From an uncultured Haloferula sp. (GTDB taxonomy: Bacteria > Verrucomicrobiota > Verrucomicrobiia > Verrucomicrobiales > Akkermansiaceae), in the NCBI GenBank assembly GCA_965652295.1, contig CBFGTS010000014.1, positions 32,001-96,000 on the forward strand: a stretch of DNA of 64,000 nt. The letters run 5' to 3'. The translations under genes and the position numbers were made by a program. Positions 55,713 to 64,000 of the stretch are shown piece by piece; positions within the stretch are counted from its first letter, which is position 1; each line of letters starts with the position of its first letter. The notes under the pieces are model-generated. The model searched no databases and was not told where the DNA came from. It saw nothing but the letters and a program-made list of their open reading frames with translations.

Positions 55713-55800
55713 GCTGAAAATCTGAAACGCTGAAAATCTGAAATGCTGAGAAACGAAGAAGTGCCGTGCCGGAAGATTTCAGCGTTTCAGCATTTCCGCT
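55713..55800. repeat. Inverted arrays of an 8-mer (five direct plus three inverted copies) between rpsQ and rplN
   Basis: gctgaaaa tctgaaac gctgaaaa tctgaaat gctgagaa ... atttcagc gtttcagc atttccgc. Confidence 0.8.
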
Positions 55801-55809
55801 TTTATTCGA

Positions 55810-56079
55810 TCAGTGGCTGAGGACCTCGGCGAGCGCCCAGCGCTTCGACTTGGACACGGGGCGTGTCTCGACGATGCGGACCTTGTCGCCGATCTTGGCG
55901 GCTCCTTCCTCGTCGTGGACGTAGTACTTCTTGGAGCGCTTGACGATTTTCTTGAACTGTGGGTGCGGAACGCGGGCGACGTGTTCGACGACGATGGTCT
56001 TGTCCATCTTGTCGGACACGACCACGCCGACGCGGGTCTTGCGGAGGTGCGGACGGGAGTCCTGTTGGGTCTCGCTCAT
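55810..56079 (-). CDS. rpsQ: 30S ribosomal protein S17
   Basis: [25 protein letters not shown]. Confidence 0.97.
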   Translation of the reverse strand: MSETQQDSRPHLRKTRVGVVVSDKMDKTIVVEHVARVPHPQFKKIVKRSKKYYVHDEEGAAKIGDKVRIVETRPVSKSKRWALAEVLSH

Positions 56080-56107
56080 GGCTGGGAAATCGTGAGATTA
56101 AGGAAGT

Positions 56108-56308
56108 TCAGCCCTCCTTGCGGGCGTTGAGGTAGGTCATGGCCCGGGCGATGTCCCGGCGGACAGTGCGGATGCGCGCGGTGTTCTCAAGCTGGCCGGT
56201 CGTCTGCTGCATTTTCAGCGCGAAGGCCTCTTCCTTGAGGTCACGGATTTTCGCGTCCAGCTCCTTGGCGGTGAGTTCGGCGAAAGGATGTTTCTTGGTC
56301 GTAGCCAT
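56108..56308 (-). CDS. rpmC: 50S ribosomal protein L29
   Basis: TGQLEN.ARIR.VRRDIAR; syntenic position. Confidence 0.95.
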   Translation of the reverse strand: MATTKKHPFAELTAKELDAKIRDLKEEAFALKMQQTTGQLENTARIRTVRRDIARAMTYLNARKEG

Positions 56309-56314
56309 GATCGG

Positions 56315-56734
56315 TCAGGAGTGGGGATTGCGGACAACGAAGCGGGTCGGCACGCCGAGCTTGTAGGAGGCAAGGCGCATGGCCTCGCGGGCCTGGGATT
56401 CCGGCACGCCGGCGACCTCGAAAAGCATGTTGCCGGGGCGGACCACGGCGACCCAGGCTTCCACGGCACCCTTACCTTTACCCATCCGGGTTTCCGGCGG
56501 GCGGGAGGTGATCGACTTGTGCGGGAAGATGCGGATCCAGACTTTCCCCTTACGTTTGAGGAAACGGTTGATCGCGATACGGCAGGCTTCGATCTGGCGG
56601 TTGGTCATCCAGCCGCGGCCGAGGCATTGAAGGCCGAAATCACCGAAGGCGACGGTGGTGCCGCGCTGCGCGTTGCCGGCGCGGCTGCCACGGTGGCTCT
56701 TACGGAACTTCGTGCGTTTGGGCATCAAAGGCAT
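56315..56734 (-). CDS. rplP: 50S ribosomal protein L16
   Basis: [21 protein letters not shown]. Confidence 0.98.
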   Translation of the reverse strand: MPLMPKRTKFRKSHRGSRAGNAQRGTTVAFGDFGLQCLGRGWMTNRQIEACRIAINRFLKRKGKVWIRIFPHKSITSRPPETRMGKGKGAVEAWVAVVRPGNMLFEVAGVPESQAREAMRLASYKLGVPTRFVVRNPHS

Positions 56735-56777
56735 GACGGGGTCCTCCTAAAGTTGGTTTTGAGTTAAAGAATCGGGC

Positions 56778-57488
56778 TCAGCCTTGTGGGGCCGGAGCGT
56801 TGTTGCGGGGGCGGCGGGGTCCGCGCTCACGGCGATCACCACCAGGCGAAGGCGCGCGTTCGGCTTCTTCCTTCTTGTTGACCCAGCACTTGACGCCGAT
56901 GACGCCGTAAACGGTGCGGGCTTCGGCAAAGCCGTAGTCGAGAGGCACGCGCAGCGTCTGGAGCGGCACCTTGCCCTCGCGATACCATTCGGCACGGGCG
57001 ATGTCGGCACCGCCGAGGCGGCCGGCGCAGCGGATACGGATACCATCGGCACCGAAGTCCATGGTGGTCTGCACGGCGCGCTTCATGGCACGGCGGAAGG
57101 AAATCCGGCGTTCGAGCTGCACGGCCACCTGCTCGGCGACGAGCTGGGCATCAAGTTCCGGCTTGCGGATCTCGACGATGTCGATCTTGACGTTGTTGTT
57201 GTTGCAGATCTTGGCGAGATCGTTGGTCATGCGCTCGATCTCCGATCCCTTGCGGCCGATGATGAGGCCGGGGCGGGAGGTGTGGAGGGTGACGCGGACA
57301 CTGGCCCAAGCGCGCTCGATGACGACCTTGGAAAGAGCGGCGAACTGAAGGCGTTCCTTCAGATAGCGGCGGATCCTGAGGTCCTCGTGGAGCTTCTCGG
57401 TGTAATCCTTGCCGGAGGCATACCATTTCGAGCGCCAGTCCTTGCTGACGGCGAGACGGAATCCGATGGGGTTGACTTTTTGGCCCAT
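56778..57488 (-). CDS. rpsC: 30S ribosomal protein S3
   Basis: MGQKVNPIGFRL, RPGLIIG, GRLGGA.IAR, VPLQTLR. Confidence 0.98.
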   Translation of the reverse strand: MGQKVNPIGFRLAVSKDWRSKWYASGKDYTEKLHEDLRIRRYLKERLQFAALSKVVIERAWASVRVTLHTSRPGLIIGRKGSEIERMTNDLAKICNNNNVKIDIVEIRKPELDAQLVAEQVAVQLERRISFRRAMKRAVQTTMDFGADGIRIRCAGRLGGADIARAEWYREGKVPLQTLRVPLDYGFAEARTVYGVIGVKCWVNKKEEAERAPSPGGDRRERGPRRPRNNAPAPQG

Positions 57489-57518
57489 AGTAAAAAGTGA
57501 CGTTGCGGGGTTACGGGA

Positions 57519-57905
57519 TCAGGCTTCGGCCTTGGCGGACACGTGGACCCGCTTCTTCTTCGAGGTTTCCTCGGGAGCTTCCGCGAGGGTGATATAGATG
57601 TGGCTGGTGCGCTTGAGGATGGCACCGGCGGAACCGCGAGCGCGGGGTTGGAAACGCTTGAGCACGGGCCCCGCACCGATCACCGCTTCCTTGACGATCA
57701 GGTCGTCGGCGTTGAGCGCGAAGTTGTTCTCCGCGTCGGCAACGGCGGTCTTGAGGGTCTTGTTGATCAGGAACGCCGCCTTCTTGGGAGTGAAGGCGAG
57801 GATATCGAGGGCGGCGGAAACAGGAAGACCCTGGATTTCGCGCGCCACGTCACGGGCCTTCTTCGGCGAGAGGCGGACGAATTTGCTGGTGCTCTTGACT
57901 TCCAT
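57519..57905 (-). CDS. rplV: 50S ribosomal protein L22
   Basis: SPKKAR, LKRFQPRARG, RTSHI. Confidence 0.97.
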   Translation of the reverse strand: MEVKSTSKFVRLSPKKARDVAREIQGLPVSAALDILAFTPKKAAFLINKTLKTAVADAENNFALNADDLIVKEAVIGAGPVLKRFQPRARGSAGAILKRTSHIYITLAEAPEETSKKKRVHVSAKAEA

Positions 57906-57942
57906 CGGAGTTGAAGGTGAAGGATTGACTGGGCCTGGGCGG

Positions 57943-58653
57943 TTATTCGGTTTCGAGAAGGGCAAGATCGCCGACGCGCACGGGACCCTGGCCGGGATCG
58001 AGCGTTTCGACGAAGGCACCGGCCACTGACGATCGGACGTCGGCAATGATGGCGGTGCCGTAGGGCTGGTCGCCCCGGTAGAGGCGGTATGTGGAGCCGA
58101 TTCGTGTCTGCTGCCGCTCGCCGATATTGAAGACGAGAAGGCCGCTTTCGGAATCGATGCTCATGACGTTGGCCCGGGTTGCGGTGCCGGACGCCTGAGC
58201 GGCGGGGGCGGGCTTGTGGCGCAGTCCGAGGACGACGTCAAGCTCTCTCATGGCGGATTCGACACGAAGCCGGGCATCCGGATCGGATGCCACCGCCTGG
58301 CGGAGGTATTCGGTGACGGCACCGGCGAGCTGGCTGGCCGTGCTCTGGATCTTCGCCTCGCGCTCTTCGAGCAGAACGCGGTCGGAAACGGCGTCGACCA
58401 TGCGCTGGCCGTCGCCTTCCAACAGGCTGCCGCCGAGGGCGGCCAGCCGGGTGCGGATCTCCGCCAGCTGCTCGGACGCTTCCTTCTCCGCGCGGTTGGC
58501 GGCGGCAAGGGCGTCCTTGAGCGATTGGTTCTCCGTCTGGAGCGTGGCGATCACGCCCTGAAGCTGTTCGGCATCCGCCCCCTGCCCCACGGCGACGCCC
58601 GACTGCATGCCGAGAACGGCAGCAGCAATGACGATGGCACGTGGAGAATTCAT
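57943..58653 (-). CDS. Secreted coiled-coil protein with C-terminal small beta domain, inserted in the S10 operon
   Basis: Signal peptide, heptad coiled coil, then VMSID...LVFNIG...IG..Y.LYRG; host-like codon usage; short spacers to rpsS and rplV. Confidence 0.8.
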   Translation of the reverse strand: MNSPRAIVIAAAVLGMQSGVAVGQGADAEQLQGVIATLQTENQSLKDALAAANRAEKEASEQLAEIRTRLAALGGSLLEGDGQRMVDAVSDRVLLEEREAKIQSTASQLAGAVTEYLRQAVASDPDARLRVESAMRELDVVLGLRHKPAPAAQASGTATRANVMSIDSESGLLVFNIGERQQTRIGSTYRLYRGDQPYGTAIIADVRSSVAGAFVETLDPGQGPVRVGDLALLETE

Positions 58654-58682
58654 GGAGACGGAGTCGCGAGCTTCAGGCCGGA

Positions 58683-58952
58683 TTACTTCTTACCAATGCC
58701 ACCGTGGGCACGGAAGATGCGGGTCGGGGCGAATTCGCCGAGCTTGTGGCCGACCATGTTCTCGGTGACGTAAACGGGGACGAAGGTCTTGCCGTTGTGG
58801 ACCGCGAAATTGAGGCCGACGAAGTCGGGCGTGATCATCGACTTGCGGCTCCAGGTCTTGATCGGCTTCTTGTCGTTGGTTTCGACAGCCTTGTCGATCT
58901 TGGCCAGGAGCTTCTGGTCAACGAACGGGCCTTTCTTTAGGGAACGGGGCAT
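58683..58952 (-). CDS. rpsS: 30S ribosomal protein S19
   Basis: [28 protein letters not shown]. Confidence 0.98.
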   Translation of the reverse strand: MPRSLKKGPFVDQKLLAKIDKAVETNDKKPIKTWSRKSMITPDFVGLNFAVHNGKTFVPVYVTENMVGHKLGEFAPTRIFRAHGGIGKK

Positions 58953-58976
58953 GATTTCTGAGAGTAGGAGTTAGGC

Positions 58977-59819
58977 TCAGCGCTTCTTGTTCTTGCGGCG
59001 CTCGACGATGAATGTGCTGGTCGGCTTCTTCGGGTCGCGGGTCTTCTGGCCCTTCGCATGGCCCCAGGGGCTGAGAAGGTGCTGGCGGCCACCGCCGGAC
59101 TTCGACTTGCCCTCACCACCACCGTTCGGGTGATCGACAGGGTTCATGCACATGCCGCGGACGGTCGGGCGGGTGCCCTGCCAGCGGGTGCGGCCTGCCT
59201 TGCCGGAGATCTCGTTCATGTGGTCGCGGTTGCCGACCTGGCCGATGGTGCAGTAGCACCGGGCGTTGAAGCGGCGGATTTCTCCGGACGGCATCTTGAC
59301 CAGCGCCCACTCGCCTTCACGGTTGGAAAGCACGGCTTGCTGACCGGCGGCGCGGGCCACCTTGCCACCGGAGCCGGGAACCAGCTCGATGTTGTGGATC
59401 GCGGTGCCGAGCGGGACCTTGGAAAGCGGCAGGGCGTTGCCGGGTTTCGGCGCGGCGTTCTCACCGGACATCACCTTGCTGCCGACTTCCAGACCGGCCG
59501 GCGAGAGGATGTAGCTCTTCTGGCCGTCTTCATACTGGATGAGGGCGATGCGGCAGGTGCGGTTCGGATCGTACTCGATGCCGAGGACTTCGGCGGCGAC
59601 GTCATGTTTGCGGCGCTTGAAGTCCACCATGCGGTAGTGGCGCTTGTGGCCACCGCCGATGTGGCGGGTCGTGATCCGTCCGGTGTTGTTACGGCCGCCG
59701 CTCTTCTTGAGCGGGCTGAGAAGAGACTTCTCCGGTGACTTCTTCGTGATTTCGTCGAAGCCGGGAAGCACCTTGTAGCGCTGGGGCGGCGTGAGGGGTT
59801 TGAACTCCTTGAGAGGCAT
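58977..59819 (-). CDS. rplB: 50S ribosomal protein L2
   Basis: [28 protein letters not shown]. Confidence 0.98.
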   Translation of the reverse strand: MPLKEFKPLTPPQRYKVLPGFDEITKKSPEKSLLSPLKKSGGRNNTGRITTRHIGGGHKRHYRMVDFKRRKHDVAAEVLGIEYDPNRTCRIALIQYEDGQKSYILSPAGLEVGSKVMSGENAAPKPGNALPLSKVPLGTAIHNIELVPGSGGKVARAAGQQAVLSNREGEWALVKMPSGEIRRFNARCYCTIGQVGNRDHMNEISGKAGRTRWQGTRPTVRGMCMNPVDHPNGGGEGKSKSGGGRQHLLSPWGHAKGQKTRDPKKPTSTFIVERRKNKKR

Positions 59820-59863
59820 GGCTCGTTAGGGTGTTGCGCTTGGAAGCAGGTGAAAGATTCGGG

Positions 59864-60148
59864 TTAAACGAGGTCGAGGTTTTCGCCCTCCTTGAGACGG
59901 ACGATGGCCTTCTTCCAGTGGGCGGTGCGGCCGGCGTCGGCGCGGCGCTGACGCTTGAGCTTGCCCACTTGGTTGAGAGTGCGAACGGCTTCGACTTTCT
60001 TGCCAAGGATCTGTTCGACGGCTTTGGCGATCTCGATCTTGTTGGCGCGGCGATCCACCTCGAGGACGACCTCGTTGTTCAGCTCGTTGAGCATGGTGGC
60101 CTTCTCCGAGACACGGACGTTCTTGATGACTTGATAAAGGTCTTTCAT
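59864..60148 (-). CDS. rplW: 50S ribosomal protein L23
   Basis: SEKA, ANK.EI..AVE, WKKAIV.L. Confidence 0.96.
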   Translation of the reverse strand: MKDLYQVIKNVRVSEKATMLNELNNEVVLEVDRRANKIEIAKAVEQILGKKVEAVRTLNQVGKLKRQRRADAGRTAHWKKAIVRLKEGENLDLV

Positions 60149-60170
60149 GGCGCGTTGTAGCGGATGGGCT

Positions 60171-60779
60171 TCAGGCGGTGCGGTTGGCGAGAGTTTCAAG
60201 CGCATCCTCGACGAGGAGCACGGTGTTGGCGTGGAGGAGTTCCTCGACGTTGACGCTGTCGGCGGTGACCAGCTGGGCCCAGCCGATGTTGCGGGCGGCC
60301 AGGTAGGTGCTGTCATCGAAGCTCTTGGCCACGATGAGCACCTTCTTGGCTTCGGCCTCGGCCGAGACGGCGGAAACGAAGGACTTCGTCTTGCCGTCGG
60401 CGACGGAGAAGGACGAGAGGACCTTGAGGTTGCCGTCGGAGATCAGGTCGGCGAGCACACGGCGCAGCGCGAGGCGGCGGGTGTTTTTGGTGACCTTCTT
60501 CGAGTAGTCGCGCGGACGCGGACCGAAGACGACACCCCCACCGACGAAGATCGGTGCGCGCTTGTCGCCGTGGCGGGCGTTACCGGTGCCCTTCTGGCGG
60601 TAGATCTTCTTGTTGTTGCCGCGGACTTCGCCACGGGTCTTGGTGTTCGCGGAACCGGTGCGGCGGTTGGCCCGGTAGGCGGTCACGAGGTCGTGGACGG
60701 CCTGGGAACCCTTGCCTTGCTCGGCCAGCGTGATCTTGGCGGCCTTGGCGTCGTCAGCAGTGAAAACTTTGGCGGACAT
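60171..60779 (-). CDS. rplD: 50S ribosomal protein L4
   Basis: [29 protein letters not shown]. Confidence 0.97.
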   Translation of the reverse strand: MSAKVFTADDAKAAKITLAEQGKGSQAVHDLVTAYRANRRTGSANTKTRGEVRGNNKKIYRQKGTGNARHGDKRAPIFVGGGVVFGPRPRDYSKKVTKNTRRLALRRVLADLISDGNLKVLSSFSVADGKTKSFVSAVSAEAEAKKVLIVAKSFDDSTYLAARNIGWAQLVTADSVNVEELLHANTVLLVEDALETLANRTA

Positions 60780-60812
60780 GGTCATTCAGGAGTGGTTGCG
60801 CCGGATCGGAAC

Positions 60813-61448
60813 TCAGGCGGTTTTCTTCTTGGCGGGGCGGACGGTGACGTAGCCACCGTTGTGGCCGGGGACGTTACCGGAAACGAGGATCACGTTGTCC
60901 TCCGGGCGCACGGCCACGATCTTGAGGTTCTGCGTGGTGCGGCGGTCGGTGCCCATGTGACCGGGCATCTTCTGGTTCTTCCAGACGCGACCGGGAGTGG
61001 AACCGGCGGCGATCGCGCCCGTCCGGCGGTGCATCATGGAACCGTGGGTCTGCTTGAGGCCACCGAATCCGTGACGGCGAACCGCGCCTTGGAAGCCACG
61101 GCCCTTGGTGGTGCCGATGACATCCACCCACTGACCGGCTTCGAAAAGTTCGGCACCGGGGTGCTCGGTCGGGACTTCCGCGCCTTCGGCGAAACGGAAT
61201 TCCTGAACCTTGTATTTGGGATTGGCACCGTTGGCCTTGAAGTGTCCGAGCGCGGGCTTGCCGACGCGGAATTCCTTCTTATCGCCGTAGCCGACCTGCA
61301 CCGCGCTGTAGCCATCCTTTTCGACGGTCTTGGTTTGCACGATCTGGTTGCCGCCGACTTCGATGACGGTGACGGGAATCATCGACTGGGTGTCCTCGTC
61401 AAACAGACGAGTCATGCCGAGTTTCTTTCCGAGTAGTCCGAGAGACAT
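60813..61448 (-). CDS. rplC: 50S ribosomal protein L3
   Basis: GKKLGMT, DGYSAVQ, KGRGFQG, KMPGHMG. Confidence 0.98.
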   Translation of the reverse strand: MSLGLLGKKLGMTRLFDEDTQSMIPVTVIEVGGNQIVQTKTVEKDGYSAVQVGYGDKKEFRVGKPALGHFKANGANPKYKVQEFRFAEGAEVPTEHPGAELFEAGQWVDVIGTTKGRGFQGAVRRHGFGGLKQTHGSMMHRRTGAIAAGSTPGRVWKNQKMPGHMGTDRRTTQNLKIVAVRPEDNVILVSGNVPGHNGGYVTVRPAKKKTA

Positions 61449-61497
61449 TGCTTTTAGAAAATTGGAGGTTGAGTGAATGGAGCTGGCTCAGGGCAAC

Positions 61498-61806
61498 TCA
61501 GATACGGATGGCGATATCGACGCCGGCGGGCAGGTTGAGCTTCTTGAGCTCGTCCACCGTGCGGGCGGTCGGGTCCACGATGTCGAGCACGCGCTTGTGG
61601 GTGCGGACTTCGAACTGTTCGGCGGACTTCTTGTTCACGTGCACGGAGCGGTTCACCGAGAACTTCTCGATGCGGGTCGGAAGCGGAATCGGTCCCGCCA
61701 CCTTGGCGCCGGTGCGCTTGGCGGTCTCAACGATCTCCAGAGCGGAGCGATCGATGGCGCGGTGATCGAAGGCCCGGAGGCGGATGCGGATCTTTTGATT
61801 TTCCAT
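61498..61806 (-). CDS. rpsJ: 30S ribosomal protein S10
   Basis: IRIRL.AFDH, GPIPLPT, EQFE.RTHKR. Confidence 0.98.
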   Translation of the reverse strand: MENQKIRIRLRAFDHRAIDRSALEIVETAKRTGAKVAGPIPLPTRIEKFSVNRSVHVNKKSAEQFEVRTHKRVLDIVDPTARTVDELKKLNLPAGVDIAIRI

Positions 61807-61849
61807 GGTGTCGGAACGGTGGCGGTTGATTCTTTGAGGATGGCTTGGA

Positions 61850-63991
61850 TCAGCGGTCGTTGATGATCTCGTCGACGATGTTCTGGGGGACCTGCTCGAA
61901 GTGCGAGGGGGTCATGGAGTAGGAGGCGCGGCCGGACGAAAGCGTGCGGACGGCGGTCGAGTAGCCGAACATCTCCTTGAGGGGGACGGCGGCGTGGATG
62001 ATGGCGAGATTGCCCTTCGATTCCATCTGGCCGATCTGGCCGCGGCGGCGGGAAAGGTCTCCCATCACGTCGCCCTGGTAATCGTCCGGGGTGGACACTT
62101 CGACGCCCATGATGGGCTCGAGGAGGATCGGCGAGGCTTTCTTGAAGCCATCGCGCATGGCGAAGATGGCCGCCATGGTGAAAGCGTTTTCGTTCGAATC
62201 GACTTCGTGGAACGAACCGCCGAGGACATCGACGTGGACATCGACCACGGGATAGCCGGCGACGATGCCGTTGCTCATCGACTGCTCGACGCCTTTGAAG
62301 ACGGCGTTGTGGAAATCCTTGGGAATCTCACCACCAACGATCTTGTTCTCGATGGTCAGCCCCTTGCCCTTGTCGTTGGGCTTCATGTGGAGCCGGACGT
62401 GGCCGTATTGACCGCGACCACCCGATTGCTTGACCAGCTTGCCTTCGCCATCGGCTCCGGCGGTGATGGTCTCGCGGTAAGCGATCTGCGGGGCACCGGT
62501 GTTGGCCTCGACCTTGAACTCGCGGCGGAGGCGATCGACGATGATCTCCAAGTGCAGCTCGCCCATTCCGGAAATGATGGTCTGGCCGGTGTCCTCGTCG
62601 GTTTTGACCATGAAGGTCGGGTCTTCCTCGGAGAGACGGACGAGTGCGTTGGCGAGCTTTTCCTGATCGGCCTTGGTCTTCGGCTCGACCGCCATGGAAA
62701 TGACCGGCTCAGGGAAGCTCGGGGGCTCAAGAACGACGTCGTAGCCCGGAGTGGCGAGGGTGTCGCCGGTCTGGACGTTCTTGAGCCCGACCATCGCGGC
62801 GATGTCGCCGGCGTGGCAGACGTCGATGTCCTGGTGGGTGTCCGACTGGATCTGGATCAGGCGGCCGACGCGTTCCGACTTGCGGGTGCGCGGGTTGTAG
62901 ATCGTGTCGCCCTTGCGGACCACGCCGGAATAGACGCGGAAGAAAACGAGCTTTCCGACGAATTTGTCGGCCCAGAGTTTGAAGGCGAGGGCGCAGAACT
63001 TGCCGCTGTCGGAGGTCGGGACGGTGATCTTCTCGCTCTCGTCATCGGGGTTCATGCCGACGGCGGAGGGGATGTCCAGAGGACTGGGAAGGTAGTCGAG
63101 AACGGCGTCGAGCAGATATTGAACGCCCTTGTTCTTGAAAGCGGAGCCGCCGGCGACGGGGATCAGCTGGTTGGAGATCGTCGCGCGGCGGAGGGCCTGC
63201 TTGACGTCGTCGCGGGTGATTTCCTCTTCGAGGAGGAATTTTTCACCGAGCGCATCGTCGTGGTCGGCGAGGGTGGAGACCAGCTCTTCGTAGGCCTCGG
63301 TCGCGAGCGCCGCTTGGTCGGCGTCGAGCTCGGCGACCTCGTAGGTCGAGCCGAGCAACTCGCTGTCGGAATAAAGAACGGCCTTACGGTTGATGACGTC
63401 GATCTGGCCGCGGAGGTGATCTTCGGCGCCGATCGGGATCAGGACGCGGACCGGCTTGGCGTTGAGCTTGGTGCGGATCTCCTCGACGACGTTGTCGAAG
63501 TTCGCACCGACGCGGTCCATCTTGTTGACGAAGACGATGCGCGGGACCTTGTATTTGCTGGCTTGGCGCCAGACGGTCTCGGTCTGCGGCTGGACGCCCG
63601 CCACGCCGCAGAAGACGACGATGGCTCCGTCCAGAACGCGCAACGAGCGCTCGACTTCGGCGGTGAAATCGACGTGCCCGGGGGTATCGATGATGTTCAC
63701 CCGGTGCTTCACGCCGTCGAAGAGCTTGAAGACACCTTCCTCTTCGTGCTGCCACCAGTCGGCGGTGACGGCGGCGGAAGTGATGGTGATCCCCCGCTCG
63801 CGCTCCTGCTCCATCCAGTCGGTGGTCGCGGCGCCGTCGTGAACCTCGCCGATCTTGTGGATCATCCCCGTGTAGAAGAGGATCCGCTCGGTCAGCGTGG
63901 TCTTTCCGGCGTCGATGTGCGCCGCAATCCCGATGTTCCGAGTCCGCTCAAGCGGAAACGGGCGATCAGGAGTCTGGACGGCGGAGCTCAT
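61850..63991 (-). CDS. fusA: Elongation factor G
   Basis: [53 protein letters not shown]. Confidence 0.98.
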   Translation of the reverse strand: MSSAVQTPDRPFPLERTRNIGIAAHIDAGKTTLTERILFYTGMIHKIGEVHDGAATTDWMEQERERGITITSAAVTADWWQHEEEGVFKLFDGVKHRVNIIDTPGHVDFTAEVERSLRVLDGAIVVFCGVAGVQPQTETVWRQASKYKVPRIVFVNKMDRVGANFDNVVEEIRTKLNAKPVRVLIPIGAEDHLRGQIDVINRKAVLYSDSELLGSTYEVAELDADQAALATEAYEELVSTLADHDDALGEKFLLEEEITRDDVKQALRRATISNQLIPVAGGSAFKNKGVQYLLDAVLDYLPSPLDIPSAVGMNPDDESEKITVPTSDSGKFCALAFKLWADKFVGKLVFFRVYSGVVRKGDTIYNPRTRKSERVGRLIQIQSDTHQDIDVCHAGDIAAMVGLKNVQTGDTLATPGYDVVLEPPSFPEPVISMAVEPKTKADQEKLANALVRLSEEDPTFMVKTDEDTGQTIISGMGELHLEIIVDRLRREFKVEANTGAPQIAYRETITAGADGEGKLVKQSGGRGQYGHVRLHMKPNDKGKGLTIENKIVGGEIPKDFHNAVFKGVEQSMSNGIVAGYPVVDVHVDVLGGSFHEVDSNENAFTMAAIFAMRDGFKKASPILLEPIMGVEVSTPDDYQGDVMGDLSRRRGQIGQMESKGNLAIIHAAVPLKEMFGYSTAVRTLSSGRASYSMTPSHFEQVPQNIVDEIINDR

Positions 63992-64000
63992 CGGGGTGGA

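Noticed and set aside
55713..55800. CRISPR array
   Set aside because: Units are 8 bp with no unique spacers, and no cas genes occur in the window. The same applies to the 7- and 9-mer arrays.

Overview
High-GC bacterial chromosome segment, most consistent with a free-living Verrucomicrobiaceae member (Haloferula/Luteolibacter-like; inferred from fusA-rpsJ adjacency, no rpsN/rpmD in the spc cluster, and protein style). From left to right: a truncated Tat-exported M15 peptidase, GH15, a GH43+GH127 arabinofuranosidase pair, queF-queC, exbB-exbD, a 7-gene MoxR/DUF58/vWA (Bat-like) operon, a large TPR protein and a class V aminotransferase. An accessory island follows at about 22.6-32.0 kb, then housekeeping genes (ribD, tsaE, rplU-rpmA, tlyA, DAHP synthase, beta-CASP nuclease, AsmA-like, elaB/yqjE/yqjK-like, two pilT-family genes, amidase) and the fusA-S10-spc-secY-adk-map superoperon on the minus strand. 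The island has two parts. (1) A decaying integron read directly from the sequence: attI core GTTCGCG, three cassette ORFs plus a remnant, two 126-bp attC sites, a probable 40-codon intI stub, an IS110/IS1111-type element inserted inside an attC, and IS4 and IS30 fragments. (2) A candidate polymorphic-toxin-like module: XRE regulator, a 981-aa secreted protein with a C-terminal metzincin, and tandem diverged membrane-anchored paralogues. Other oddities are a non-ribosomal secreted coiled-coil gene between rpsS and rplV, SecY with an extra C-terminal hydrophobic helix, short-period repeats inside the r-protein operon, a 58-aa ORF missed by the track, and many apparently leaderless promoters. No tRNA, rRNA or CRISPR array was seen. 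All family calls come from motif recognition by eye, not from database searches.
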